NCBI RefSeq assembly: GCF_037042905.1
Contig: NC_087255.1
Span: 23,250,001-23,314,000 of the forward strand
Reading direction: 5' to 3'
Source of the DNA: Lytechinus pictus
Lineage: Eukaryota
DNA: 64,000 bases
Positions 47,070 to 59,950 of the stretch are shown here, piece after piece (the first letter of the stretch is position 1; every line of letters starts with the position of its first letter). The notes below the pieces were generated by a model that saw only the letters and a program-made list of their open reading frames with translations, had not been told where the DNA came from and did no database searches. The position numbers were made by a program, and so were the translations under genes.

Positions 47070-50000
47070 ATGTCGAAAACCAGTCATTCTACATATAGCT
47101 TCAGTACCAGTGCAAAGACTAGTGGTGGTTTCACAAGCAACTCACCGGTAAGTAGGCCTACTCTGTTATTTTTTTTTTTTTTCAAATATATACATTTTTT
47201 GGAGGGGTATATGAAGTTCTTCGTGCAGTCTTTTGTGTTGTATTGTCTTGTCTTGGGTTAAGTTTAATTCATTCTAGTATTTAGTGGTTCGAGGGAAGAA
47301 GCTGTATTTATGAGTATCCCTTGACGTCGAAATTTGATAAGTATTTTCTCTAGTCTGCCGGCTAGTTCTGTGGATGAAGTTTTTGGGGTTGATGGCAACA
47401 AGACGTTTTATTATTTGAAAGATTAGGCTAAGTCTACAGACTTTCCTTTCTCAAGAGTGTTTGTTATATCATGGACAGTAAGTATATAGAACGTATAGAA
47501 CGTTTTGCACTAAAACCATGTTGGTTGTCAACCGAGATTTCATGCATTTCCAAAATGTACAATGTTTTCGAGTATCTTATAAGCAATACCAGTTAATGAT
47601 ATTCCTCTGTAGTTAGAGGGATCAGACGTGTCCCCCTTTTAAAGATAGGACAAACATTAGCCCTTTTCAACTGTAAAGTGACATAACCCTCATTTATTGA
47701 GGACTGATAGATATTACTGGGGTTATTTCATTTGCTTCCATTTGAGCTATGGAGGAAGGTCATCTGGTCTAGATATCTTGTTACGATTAATGCTGTGGAG
47801 TTGTTTCAATATTCCAGGGGCCCGTTTCATAAAGAGTTACAACTGATCAGAATCAACTTTCCCAAATAAATGCAAATGCTGACTTGTATAAATGATTCCG
47901 TGTATTGATTTAAATTGGAACTCTCTAAGTCGGCTACTTAATGTGCATCACGTTGGTCTTTTAAAATATTTTCGATGTCTTTATCTGAAAAACGATATAT
48001 TGCATTTTAGTCTTGTGAATATTCCAGGTGTTATTTCTTTCTGGTAAAAAAATGTTGTATAAAGTGTTTTTTATGCATTTTCATTGATTAATACAATATT
48101 TTTACCTGGCTAATAAAAAAAGCAATGTCAGGTTGAATTGTGTCTCTATCTTTTCTCATATAACTGTGTCTCTATCTTTTCTCGATATCAGGCATAATCG
48201 ATTAACAATATTTACATCAACAAACCATAATACAACAAATTTTTTAGCGCCCCCCAAAAAAAATAAACAATAAATAAATGAAATCAGATAAATCAATTAA
48301 AAATAAATTAGTAAATGAATAAAATGAAATAAAAATAATAAATAATTATGAAAAAATACATCATGACTCCGCCCCTGTCTGTGATGATAAGATAATGGCA
48401 ACAGAATGGTTATCAATTGTAGAAAATCGGGGTTTGTGTGCATATACCTGATACAGATATAAACAATTTGATTTCTCCAATAAAAGGCTTTTCATCAAGT
48501 AGATGCTTTAGTACTTGTTTTACACATAATCAGGCAAGGTACCTTATGACCCGATGGGAGAATGACAGCAAGTTATATATAATTCCAGCTTAAAATGGGT
48601 TAACAGATACATAGCCGTAACTTATTTTTTTCACATAAAAATCCTCTTCACCTTGCTAATATAATCAACTCTGAACTAGAAAATGTTACCGAATGGATAA
48701 GAGCAAATAAATTGTCACTAAATCTTCAAAAAACAAAATACATGTTGTTTAGCAACTCCATAAATACACTTCCTGTTGATATTATTTTGGATGGAACTCC
48801 CTTGGAAAATGTATCCCATATTAAGTTTCTTGGAATAACAGTCGATAATAAGCTCTCATGGAAATTTCACATAGATAACATATGTAAAACTATTTCACGC
48901 AACATTGGTATAATTAACAAGCTTAAATTTTGTTTACCATTATCGTCCCTGCTTACATTATATTCATCCCTTATATTGCCTTATTTAAATTATGGAATTT
49001 TAGCGTGGGGTAACACACAACAAACACTCTTAGACAAATTACTCCTATTACAAAAGAAGTCTCTACGTATTATATGTCACACGGCATATTTGTCTCATAC
49101 TGACCCATTATTTTTTTAACATAGAATATTGAAAATTAAGGACTTATATTTGTTTAATCTCGGTCAGTTTATGTATAACTATAACAACAACAACCTCCCA
49201 AATGTATTCAATTCAATGTTTCCAAAAAATCAATCCATTCACAACTATCCAACAAGGCGATTGGGTGAATTTCATTTACCACTTTTAAGAACTTTGCGGG
49301 CTCAGCACACATTTATATACGATGGACCGAAGTTATGGAACTCACTTCATAATGATATAACAAATGCAAAATCTTTGAACTCTTTTAAGACTAAATTCAA
49401 ATTATCTCTATTAAAACCTTATAATATACTCCCAAATTAATTTTAATTCATCATTTCTGTCAAGTCATCATCATTATTATGTCAAGTCATCATCATTATT
49501 ACTTTAAACTAAAATTAAAACATAAAATTATTATCCTTTTTTTATTAAAAAAATCTGACACAAGTCCTTCTCAGATGTGCTCATTATTGTGTCTATCCTC
49601 TCCTCTATTTTCTCCTCTCCAGTCCGCTTATCCGCCTTCCTACCGGTTATTTGTTTAACGGCATCAATCACATTTTTCGTGCATTATATTCTTTCCAGGT
49701 TATTTTATATATTTTTTCTCCTCTTATACACATCATTGAATCCAGTTTGCTTGAGTCCACGACGGCATTTGTTCTATCTACGTACAGCAGCACCCATCCA
49801 TCTTCTCAGGGCATTCTCCCCCTTTTTCCCTTTTTTTTTCTTCTCAAGTTTTTCTGGGGGGGGTGGGAAGGGTAAATATTTTTAGGACGGGTTGTTTTGT
49901 CCTTCACCAAACTGTATATTTTTTATTACTTTGTATTTATTTTGTGAGTATTTCCCTCTCATTTATTCACTCTTTTCTCATTTGATTATCTGTATTTATA

Positions 50001-50945
50001 CTTTGTTATTTTGTTATTTGTTGTGTTATCTATTTCTTGAGGGGCCCACATTGTACAAGCATTGCTTTTTAGTGGGTCCCTCCATTTCCATCTTAATTTA
50101 ATTTCTATTGAAAAATAGTATATATATTTAAAACCTACAATGTGTTGCCCAAATCGTCTAAGTGTTTTTTTTTTTCACTACATATGTATAATTAATTTTG
50201 TTTGCAACGGATACAAATATTTATGTTTTATATATGGTATACAATTTGTTTTTGTTTGATGGAAGTGAAATAAATGAATTTGAATTTGAATTGAATTTGA
50301 ACTTTCCTTTGTATTCATTTTAATTACAACATGTAATTTTGTATGAATTTATCTTCTTGAAATAAAAAAAACCAAAACAATGACTTCCGATGAATTTATC
50401 ACTTTCCGTTCTTAAGTTACAATTAATTGGTCGTCTCGAAGCTCCTTTTTATTCAATTTTTGTTTTTAAAAAATGTGCTATATTCATATTTATCTTTTAT
50501 CAGTTTAAAAAAATGACAAATTTATGATTGATATTCCCAAACTAGTTAGAAGCATATGCTAATGTGTAGATCTAGATGGCAACCTAATTAAGCGTCTATT
50601 CAAAATTCTCCCTCTTTCATCTAGTTCATTAGTTCACCGTCACCATCATCGTCGTCATCGCTGTCATCGTCAAAGAAAAAAGATCAAAAGCCAGTCATCA
50701 AGAGTGTAGATATGACAGAGGACATGCAAGATCGAGCCCTCGACCTCGGCGTGGATGCCATGGAAAGATTCCAAACCGAGAAAGATCGCGCCGCCCACAT
50801 CAAAAAGACCTTCGACCTCGAGTTCGACACCACATGGCACGTCATCGTTGGCAAGCATTTCGCAAGTTTCGTCACGCACGAAGCAAAGTGTTTCATCTAT
50901 TTCTACATCGGTCCAATGGCTTTTTTGCTTTGGAAGTCGGGCTAA
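47070..50945 (+). CDS. DYNLL: Dynein light chain LC8-type, paralog 3, two coding exons join(47070-47147,50625-50945), 132 aa with Ser/Thr-rich N-terminal extension
   Basis: LC8 core in ORF 50712-50945 stays open upstream to acceptor catctag at 50624 (FISSPSPSSSSSLSSKKKDQKPVIKSVDM). Upstream exon MSKTSH...NSP ends G|gtaagt in matching phase 0. The core is certain; the join is inferred. Confidence 0.85.
48619..50301 (+). mobile_element. 5'-truncated CR1/L2-group LINE (RT C-terminus, 3' UTR, (TTTGAA)n tail) in the intron of LC8 paralog 3
   Basis: W..ANKLSLN..KT, KFLG...D.KLSW..HI, LY.SLI.PYL.YG...WG, GPKLWNSL; one in-frame stop at 49117; aaataaa + gaattt repeats at about 50270-50300. Confidence 0.9.
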
Positions 50946-52959
50946 GCAGTTTAGTACTATTACCCTCATCTATTCAAACATTGAACTCTTATGTACATGT
51001 CGGCCCAATATAGGCCTAGTCACAGCCTCCAAATATTCGTCATATTAGTATACCTTATGCTTTTTGCTGAAAATTTTTATCATGCGCAGTATATTGATCT
51101 TAGCAAAGTATCAAATTCAGACTATATCTGCCCAAGTAACGGGTGTGATGCATGCATATTCGGTATAATATTAGGTATCGTCGATCAAATAATATGGCGC
51201 AACTTTGAACCTTAGATGCATGGTTCATTATTTTTTTTTTGCGTTCAAAAAGCTGCATATTTGCAACCCCTTCCTCGGCACACCTCTGAACGCTTTAGGC
51301 CCGGGCTTTAGGGAGCAAAATGTAGCTAATTGCACCGTTAAAGATGAAAATGGTTTCTCAGGGTGCAAAGTTACACCAAATGGCAACGTTGTTTTTAAAG
51401 GGTGCAAAATTGAATCTTTTCCCGCACTGGACCATTGCACCCGCACCATTGTTTTCTATGATTTCTTCATCTCAACTATACGTAAAATATTACAATCTTC
51501 TTCTCTTACAGGCTGTAGTTGTTTATTCATGTATTTATTTATTTATTTATTTATCTATTTATTTATTTGTCTATTTATTGATATTTGTTTATTCATTTAT
51601 TTCCATATTTATTCACTCATTTATTTTTTTATTGTTTGCTTGGTTCATAGTTTAATTAGTTTTTATTTACTTGTTTATGTTTATGTTTATTTTTATGGTT
51701 TAGTTTCTTTCATTTATCATTATGATTATGTTATACTTTCAGTTATCTCCTTATTTTAGATGATCGACAAAATGAGAAAATTTATCAATTCATACATTTA
51801 TTGATTAATAACCAATCAATCTGGCTTCATTTATTGCTTTAATTTACCCTTTTTTCTTTAATTTTTCATCAGTTTGATTTTATTAGTCTTTTTTAAATCA
51901 ACAATAAAAACATATTCATGTTTACTTCTTTTTATTGAGTCCTTCATTTTCATGTCAGTTTTCAATTTATGTTTCATGTGTAATGTGATCAGTGATTGAG
52001 TCAAGCTATTTAGTTGATTGATTATTGAAGTGATTATCAACAAATTGTACTTGTTCCTCATGCTGACCATTGTTTTGTTAAATTATATGTTTACAATCGA
52101 ATTTCTCCCCTTCCTTTTGTAAAATCCCAATTCCACATCTTTTCCATTTATTATATTTTTTCTTGGTGTGTGTCCCGTATGTAATTATCAATTCCCTCGA
52201 TTCTTTAGAACACTCTCACCTTATTTGATTTTATTGTTTTTTATTAGAAGAATCATATCCAAATAGCGTCCATTATTGATTAATTGATATTTTTTTGTAT
52301 TTCAATCCCCCCCCCCAAGAAAAAAAAAGTACATGGTTGTTATTATGTAGCTTTCTGTTTGTATTATTTCATTTATAATCATGATTTGATGAATGAATAA
52401 TCAATGATGTTTTATGTACATGTATATGCCGCCCTTTTTTCCTTCAAAGCTCGGTCCCTTGTGTGTGTATATATGTTGTTAGGGCGTGTCTAAACCATAT
52501 CATAAATTATAACCAAAATACTGTATATTTATGGGAAAACAAGTGATATATAATGATATGCACCGAGATACAGTTTGCAAAGCACACTCTCATTGGTCAA
52601 TAAACTGTTGATCAATATAAATGTTTAGATTTTTTTCTTCATAGTTCATACTATAAGTTTTTGATATTACATCTACATAAGGGTACATAATTTGTGAAAT
52701 AAATGTCCATGAAAGTACTATGTATATTTCTCAATGAATTTAGATTGATGTTACAGTTACTTCTCATTTACCCAGGTCCTGTTAACACTATTTCGAGAGC
52801 ACTGCATGGATCCCATTTGTAATTGTCTGTATAATATTAAACACGTGTTGTCTGTCCACTAATAACATTTGAAAAAGCTACAAGTTAAGAAAGAATTTTC
52901 GTTTTCTTGTCTTGTATTGTTAATATATAAGAATTTTTCGGGATGTTTAAAGGGTTGGT

Positions 52960-53690
52960 ATGACTGTGCATATTAATTGAATGATGTAATGACGATTGTT
53001 CATGTTGATGTTTGTGATGGTGTTTGTGGTGGTGTAGGTAGTGGTGATGATGATGATGGTAGCGGTGGTGGTGGTGATGATGATGATGATGATGATAATG
53101 ATGGCCGTGAAGATGGATGAGGCCAGTGATAATGACCAATCAGTCCACTAATCAAACAATCAATAAAACTATCAATCACTAATTCAATCAATCAATCATT
53201 AATGAATCGAGAAATCAATAACAAAATTAATAATTCAACCTGTCAATCAACCAATCGATCAATTACCGAATCAACCAACCGATCAATCAATCAACCAATC
53301 AAGAAATCGATCATTCAATCAAACAACCAATCAATAAATCGACCAAACAACCAACCATCCTACTAAAACAATCAATCNNNNNNNNNNNNNNNNNNNNNNN
53401 NNNNNNNNNNNNNNNNNNNNNNNNNNNNNNNNNNNNNNNNNNNNNNNNNNNNNNNNNNNNNNNNNNNNNNNNNNNNNNNNNNNNNNNNNNNNNNNNNNNN
53501 NNNNNNNNNNNNNNNNNNNNNNNNNNNNNNNNNNNNNNNNNNNNNNNNNNNNNNNNNNNNNNNNNNNNNNNNNNNNNNNNNNNNNNNNNNNNNNNNNNNN
53601 NNNNNNNNNNNNNNNNNNNNNNNNNNNNNNTCAATAACAAAATTAATAATTCAACCTGTCAATCAACCAATCAATCAACCAATGAAATTA
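52960..53690. repeat. (GAT/GGT)n then (TCAA)n microsatellites flanking gap 53378-53630
   Basis: Directly visible. Confidence 0.9.
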
Positions 53691-54360
53691 ATAGTTTGAT
53701 AAATTTTTTGTCAAAGTATGATTAGTCTGATATTCTTAAAGAATATTCAGTTAATTTCAAATCACAATTTACAGGTTTTTATGCTATATATTCCATTGAT
53801 TTGTCCAATTAAATCTAAAAGAATAGAATTAAAAAAACCAGTATTGATACTTATTTCGGTTTTTATCAGCCAATATGCTGTGTACGTAATACAACAATCT
53901 AAAACAAACGAAGTAAAGATATATGAACAACAATTGTTTTTGCAAATAATAAGTGGAGTAATACATTTTGGCAATTGATTGATATAAACATTATTTGTAT
54001 GTCTATAGATATGTTTCATAAATTATGTGCATGGTGACCACCGTTTACCTCGTCTACTTTCATAACAAATTACCAGGCCGCTTATGGTATGTTTATCGCT
54101 GTCAACGATTGAGAACCCCCCACCCTCCTCTCTCTCCCGGAAAAGTTCGGTTATGAGGGCTGGTGTGGGCGTCGAAGCTTCAAAGATCATGACTTTAATT
54201 TAACATATAGTGAATACCCAGAAGAATCAAAGTTTGAGAAAGATAGCAATACGAAAAAAAGACACTGATTGGATCCTGGTTGATCAAAATGCACATACAA
54301 TGATCAGGATCGGCTGTTTAGCGGATGATTATACAGACCTTTGTGTTGAATATTACAGCC

Positions 54361-54517
54361 CTGGGGCCCGTTTCACAAAAAGAGTTACAACCGTTGTACT
54401 TTGCCACGATGGCAACAACCATGGTTACCTTGATTTTGATTGGCTGCTGAGCCTTGTTACCATGGTAATTGCCATAATAGCAAAGTTACAATAGTTGTAA
54501 ATCTTTATGAAACGGAC
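54361..54517. mobile_element. MITE of the GGGGCCCGTTTCA family
   Basis: ctggggcccgtttcacaaaaagagttacaac / gttgtaaatctttatgaaacgg. Confidence 0.7.
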
Positions 54518-54948
54518 GTCAGAACTTGAGCGTGCAGTGAATGATTATGACGATAACGACCACGGCCAACATTCATTTATTTATTTCTACCGTTCTAGGT
54601 TTGATCTGGGAGTTTTCGATTTTACGACGCTCGACGGATTCGGGAACATAGATAATGTATTGTCAAGTACCTCTCATGACAAAGCAGTCTTTGTCGAGGT
54701 TGGTGAATCGGAGCAGCAGCTTCGTCCTAGGCTCTAGTATCTGGAAAAAAGGACATGCCATTTTTCGTCAGCTCCGAAACTTGGGACAAAAGTGGTGTCC
54801 CGGGTCACCAATTTTCGACAAAGACCTCCCAGCTGTTTTGTGTCATTTGACGGGTTTTTCAATGCATTTTCTGCGCTCTTGAATCCATCCCGTTGCAGTT
54901 GCGAAAGCATTCTAGTGTCTAAGGATCTAAATCTTTTATGTCAAACAT

Positions 54949-55254
54949 CTAGCCAGATTTGAAGAGAAGAATCGCCGTCTGTCCGATGTAGAAGTAGGTG
55001 AAATTATCTTTCTCGTGAGTCACAAAGCTGCCGAAGTTTCGCCCGACGACGCAATGCCATGTTGAGTCGTACTTGTTGTCGAACTCCTTCTTGATGTAAG
55101 CAGCGACGTCCTTCTCGACGGGTTTGTTCTGTTTGTCACCGAGCTTATCCATGGCTAACTTGATGGCTTCTTCCTGCATTTCCTCGCCCATGTCAGCGTT
55201 TTTGACAACGGCTTTGTCCTTCTCATTCGACATTCCCGAGTAACCGCGATTCAT
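54949..55254 (-). CDS. DYNLL: Dynein light chain LC8-type, paralog 4 (101 aa)
   Basis: KAVVKNADM...[13 protein letters not shown]...[16 protein letters not shown]...ILLFKSG; acceptor gctag|ATG on minus strand. Confidence 0.96.
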   Translation of the reverse strand: MNRGYSGMSNEKDKAVVKNADMGEEMQEEAIKLAMDKLGDKQNKPVEKDVAAYIKKEFDNKYDSTWHCVVGRNFGSFVTHEKDNFTYFYIGQTAILLFKSG

Positions 55255-55698
55255 CTAGCGTTGAAATGATAATTAGAAAGACAGATTTCTAAATGATATC
55301 GTTAACAGCACACTTGTTTTGATAAGTACTAGAAGGGGGTTAGCAAGGCTGAAATTGATATTACGTTTATGACAATTTCCTCCAAATTTGACGAAAAATG
55401 ACAGAGATAAGACAATTCAAAGTTGTGTTGCTAATCATGGGTGTAACCTAAATTCATTACCAGAATTTACCAAAGAATATCACTTCAAAAAACAAAATGC
55501 AAAGACGTCGCATCAAAGATAAAAACTTGACGATTAAAGTTTGCGGAGTTCTACTGGGAATCGTGTATTTTACGGGAATGTTGAATTGGTCGCAATATCA
55601 AACTTTAGAACAAGATTCACGTTATAGTAACCGAAAAGGGTGTTTTTAAATACTTGAATATTTTGAAATCGGGATTAGATATTAGCAATCGTTATCTA

Positions 55699-55891
55699 CA
55701 CTCTAAAAACAAATCAGTCAAAAATGACTTCTTTGATAGGGTCAGCTGGGTGCAACTGTTATTCTAGTCATATTTGACTATTTTCTAGTTGTATTTTACT
55801 TATAGAACAGAGTTATTTCTGACTAGAATATATGTCAGAAATGTGACTAGACAATTAGTTGTACCAGTTTGACTGATTTGTTTTAAGAGTG
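55699..55891. mobile_element. TA-flanked MITE (CACTCT TIR)
   Basis: ta|cactctaaaaacaaatcagtcaaa ... tttgactgatttgttttaagagtg|ta. Confidence 0.8.
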
Positions 55892-55993
55892 TACTGATGG
55901 ATAACTATGCATTTGGAGCTAATAACACTGAAAAGATACTGTCAAATTTATATCATTAATGTATTATAAATTTACGAAATAAGTTTGACTTAC

Positions 55994-56054
55994 GATTGAA
56001 TTTGTAGGAATTTGTTGACGAGTCCAAAAATGAAGACAATAAAATCGAAATATT
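55994..56054 (-). other. Predicted upstream exon of LC8 paralog 4
   Basis: Minus strand: gtctcttcag acceptor, ATC|GTAAGT donor; a further CAG|GTATGT donor at 56201. Confidence 0.65.
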
Positions 56055-56488
56055 CTGAAGAGACGTTTCTTTGACGAGATTGAAATGCAGAATAAGCTTT
56101 TGATACACATACGTCTCTTGCAGTTTATACGTGAAGCTCGTTATTATCACACGAGCCGCACGCCCTCCCCCCCCCCCCTCGAGAGACGAATACCGACATA
56201 CCTGACAGTGTAGTTGAGAAATGAAAACAATTAGTGCAAAAGAGTACAAAAGAGAATACCAACAAACCCAATTCAGCCATTAAAGTCAAAACACACAAGA
56301 AAACTGTCTGACTTTAATGAATGGGATAGATAAAGGAAGCTGTCTCGAATTGGTACGCACTAAGAAATAGGGGTTCAAATTTGAACCATATGAGTTGATA
56401 TAATAGCAGCACCAAAAAGGATGCTAATTGATGCAATTTTGCTCATTTGTGCATTTTTAAGGGTGCAATTAGCTATAAGCACACTGTA

Positions 56489-57330
56489 CAGGCGCGTATC
56501 CAGAATTTTGCACTCCGGTGGCCCCATAGGCGGCGGAAGCGGGGGGGGGGGGGGGGGGCGGGGGGACAGGTCCCCTTAAATTTGAGGTGGGGACGGTCCC
56601 CCCTAAAATTTATGCGAGCGCATAAAACTGGACATTCTTAGCACATTTTGTAGCCATGAAAAGGATGGGAATCCATCTTGTGCGAGCGCGAAGCGCAAGC
56701 TGAAAAGAAAATGATATTCTGACCTAAACTTTTGACATTCTAAGCACTTTTGGTAATCATGAACAGGATGGTCATCTAACTAAGCAATTGATGCGAGCGC
56801 GAAGGCCAAGCTGAAAGATTTTTTATATGCTGCCTTAATATATTGACATCCTAAGCACTTTCTGTAATCATGAACAGGATGGAATCTAATCAATTGATGC
56901 GAGCGCGAAGCGCGGACTGAAAATTTCTGATATTCCAACCCAAAGTTGAAAATTCTAAGCACTTTTTATGACCATGAACAGGATGAGTATCTATCTAAAC
57001 TGATATTCTGACCTAAAATTTGCACTTGCTAAGCACTTTTGGTAATCATGAACAGGATGGGCTTCTCAACTAGCATGAATTTGGTGCCCCGTCAAACATC
57101 AAATTGGCGCCCCAAAGGTTGAATATGAATTTAGCGCCCCCCCCCCCCAGGTTGAACATGAATTTGGCGCCCCAGGACAAACATCAAATTGCGAATATGA
57201 ATTTCCCCCTCTTCCTAGGTTGAACATGAATTTGGCGCCCCATAACAAACATCAAATTGGCGCCCCTGTGTCGAACATCAATTCGGCACCCCTAGGTAAA
57301 ACATCGATTCGGCTCCTCTATGTCGAACAA
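56489..57330. repeat. Composite repeat: about 120-bp tandem units (gcgagcgcgaagc...ctaagcactttt...atgaacaggatg) followed by short aaattggcgccc units
   Basis: About 4 long units at 56630-57060; repeated catgaatttggcgccc at 57070-57300; probably transposon-derived. Confidence 0.75.
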
Positions 57331-57471
57331 AGTTAACTCTTGTACACCTTCACGGATGCAACAAGAATTATCCCGGATTGTCAATCCGGGGTCATCGATA
57401 TCCGTGTTGTCAGGGGGTACAGCGTTCTTACCGACCACTCACCCGGCGCCTTCCTTAATGTACCGGCATGT

Positions 57472-57660
57472 CAGGGGGCGTTTCATAAAGCTGTTCGTAA
57501 GTTAAGAGTGACTTTAAGAACGACTGCATGGTATAACTTTTTTATGCGCTATAATCACCAATGAACATTTAATGTGAATATCATTAACTACAAGAAAGGA
57601 TCACCAGTCGTTCTTAAAGTCACTCCTAACTTACGAACAGCTTTATGAAAACGGCCCCTG
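57472..57660. mobile_element. MITE with about 55-bp TIR
   Basis: cagggggcgtttcataaagctgttcgtaagtt / aacttacgaacagctttatgaaaacggcccctg. Confidence 0.85.
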
Positions 57661-57977
57661 GGTTGAGTACAACAAAATGTGGATCAATTTTTTGCTGAAG
57701 GAAATTACGCCATGGCTGGGATAATAATTAAGTTTACCCTAAATGCCTCTTAGTTTTGTAAATTCATTTCGTCTAGGAATATTTCTAAAGCAAGGAAATT
57801 GGGTTTTGCTTTGTTTAAATTCACAGTCATAACGGGTCAAGTCACACGAAAGTATTTTACAGTATTTGTAAAGGTCGTACAATCAGTTGGTTTGGAGTCG
57901 GCCTTGATGGTGTGGCTGTAGTATAAGTTGTGTTTTTTTTTACATCGTTCTCATTATTTGAATCGTTTCTTTGCTAA

Positions 57978-58040
57978 GGTGCCGTGGCCGAGTGGTCCAC
58001 ACTATGAAAGTCCGGGGTTCGATCCCGGCACGGCCCTTGA
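57978..58040 (+). mobile_element. Truncated tRNA-derived SINE head
   Basis: gtggccgagtgg A box, ggttcgatcc B box. Confidence 0.6.
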
Positions 58041-58274
58041 CCGAGACATTTGTCTTTGAGCTTGCATCAAATATATGAAAATTCTATATCGATTTTATCT
58101 TGCATCAAATAAATGAAAATGCTATATTTATACCAATGTGTGCACGTGTTGTTTTTACAAGTTCTTTACTTTGATTATCAGTAAGTATTTTTGATAAAGC
58201 TTTTTAAGTATTATAAAGTGTTTCGATTCATTTTTTGTGATGCTTGGATATTGTTCAGGAATTTATCTTTGCCA

Positions 58275-58524
58275 GTGGCTTTTAACAGAATAGGGAACCT
58301 GTAACCATTTTAGGGGTGTTTCTCGTAGCCCCTGTGTTTTTAACCTCTTCTTCGTTTCGGCGTTAAAAGGAATCCGTGGGAATATTTTAGACTCTGTCTG
58401 CTTTCATTCTTTTGTACCTCTAAAGTCTTACATTGTCTTTGGTGAAAAGTAGACCTTGCGCCGTAAAGTGTGGTATCTTATGTAAGTAAATATGAAATTT
58501 ACCACTCACTCAATAGCTTTTAAC
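58275..58524 (-). promoter_or_regulatory. GTTAAAAGCTA / GTTAAAAGCCAC motifs upstream of paralog 4
   Basis: Reverse-complement copies at 58514-58524 and 58275-58286. Confidence 0.45.
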
Positions 58525-59950
58525 AAAATTTCACCTAAAATAGTAGTACCCACGAATAACCAACATTCTCACAGGACTGAATTATGACAAAGATTTTCTT
58601 TCTCTCCTCTAAAACTGAGTATTTTGGCTTTGCGGTAGGTCGAGGGTTCGATTCTCTAGTCAATTTTAATGATTGGTTGTTTGANNNNNNNNNNNNNNNN
58701 NNNNNNNNNNNNNNNNNNNNNNNNNNNNNNNNNNNNNNNNNNNNNNNNNNNNNNNNNNNNNNNNNNNNNNNNNNNNNNNNNNNNNNNNNNNNNNNNNNNN
58801 NNNNNNNNNNNNNNNNNNNNNNNNNNNNNNNNNNNNNNNNNNNNNNNNNNNNNNNNNNNNTTCTTTGTGAATAATTGATTTGCATGTTTGTTAGTTATGC
58901 CTCAATGACATCAACGAATCCGACTCCTGACAGATCAAAGCTAGTAAATCACTGGTCGGTTGGAATCAGTTTTATTGGTTTGACATTAACATTGGAGTCT
59001 TTGCTGATGGCTCACAATCATGATCTACTTGAAAGATTAATGAAATATATAAATTGTCAGCGTCCTCTTTCAATCACGAAACGTATGGAAATCATACATA
59101 AGTTCCTGAATGTTCATCTTGAATTAAACTATCATTTAGTCCTGTATTTTTTTTCAGTTTGGCAGTCCGTGGAGGATCCAGAGTTTAAAAGAGTGGTGAT
59201 CGAGGAGTGAGCAAATGGAGGGCTGAGTCCAACGAATGTAGAGGGTGTCAACACCGCCAATGTTGCTGACCTCTACGTTCGTTGGCTGAGCCCTTCTGGG
59301 CTCACAGGCCTAATTCATTTCCCATAGACTCGTGTGTTAAAGTGGCACTTAAAAATAATTCATAAAAATAAGGAGGAAATTCGAGGGTTGAATGTTTACC
59401 ACCAGTGGATAAGATAAATGTCTGACATTCCATATCTGACCAGAAAAGGGTACCTCGACCGGCTCATTGTAAAAATAAATCAGCATTTATGAAGACTACA
59501 CCTGACGGGATCAAATTCCTCACTTGAGAGAGTAAAATGGCCCTAATTCTTCCGCCAGATAAAATATAGTTCCATAGTGGTGATATATCTTTCCAATTTG
59601 GACAAAGGAAGTTCAGTAGGTACCCTCCCTAGAATCAGTGTTAGATTGTCAGTCATATTCATTCATTTTTGTCAATCAGCAATATCAAATTAAAAAAATT
59701 GAGCAATGGGTTGGGTAGAATGAATATCTTTTGCCTGCCAGTTGTGATTAGGCTCGTGCAACCTTCTTGAAATTAATTGCAATGTGAACACAATGTCATA
59801 TTCAAGATTTATAATTGTTAATTTCCACAGAAAACAATACAAAATGTTTTCATAGCATACATTAACTGCTATAGCTGCATTCAACCATCAATCAAATCGA
59901 TCAGTCAGACATTCAATCAATCATTCAATGAGTCAATCAATAGTGATCAA

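Noticed and set aside
51205-51759. 184-aa ORF with hydrophobic tail (also 36440-36856, 49577-50101)
   Set aside because: Runs through repeat fragments and T-rich low-complexity DNA that lacks stops by composition
52885-53191. Poly-His / poly-Ser ORFs
   Set aside because: Translations of a (GAT/GGT)n microsatellite
40496-58885. ORFs containing X runs
   Set aside because: Artefacts of N gaps
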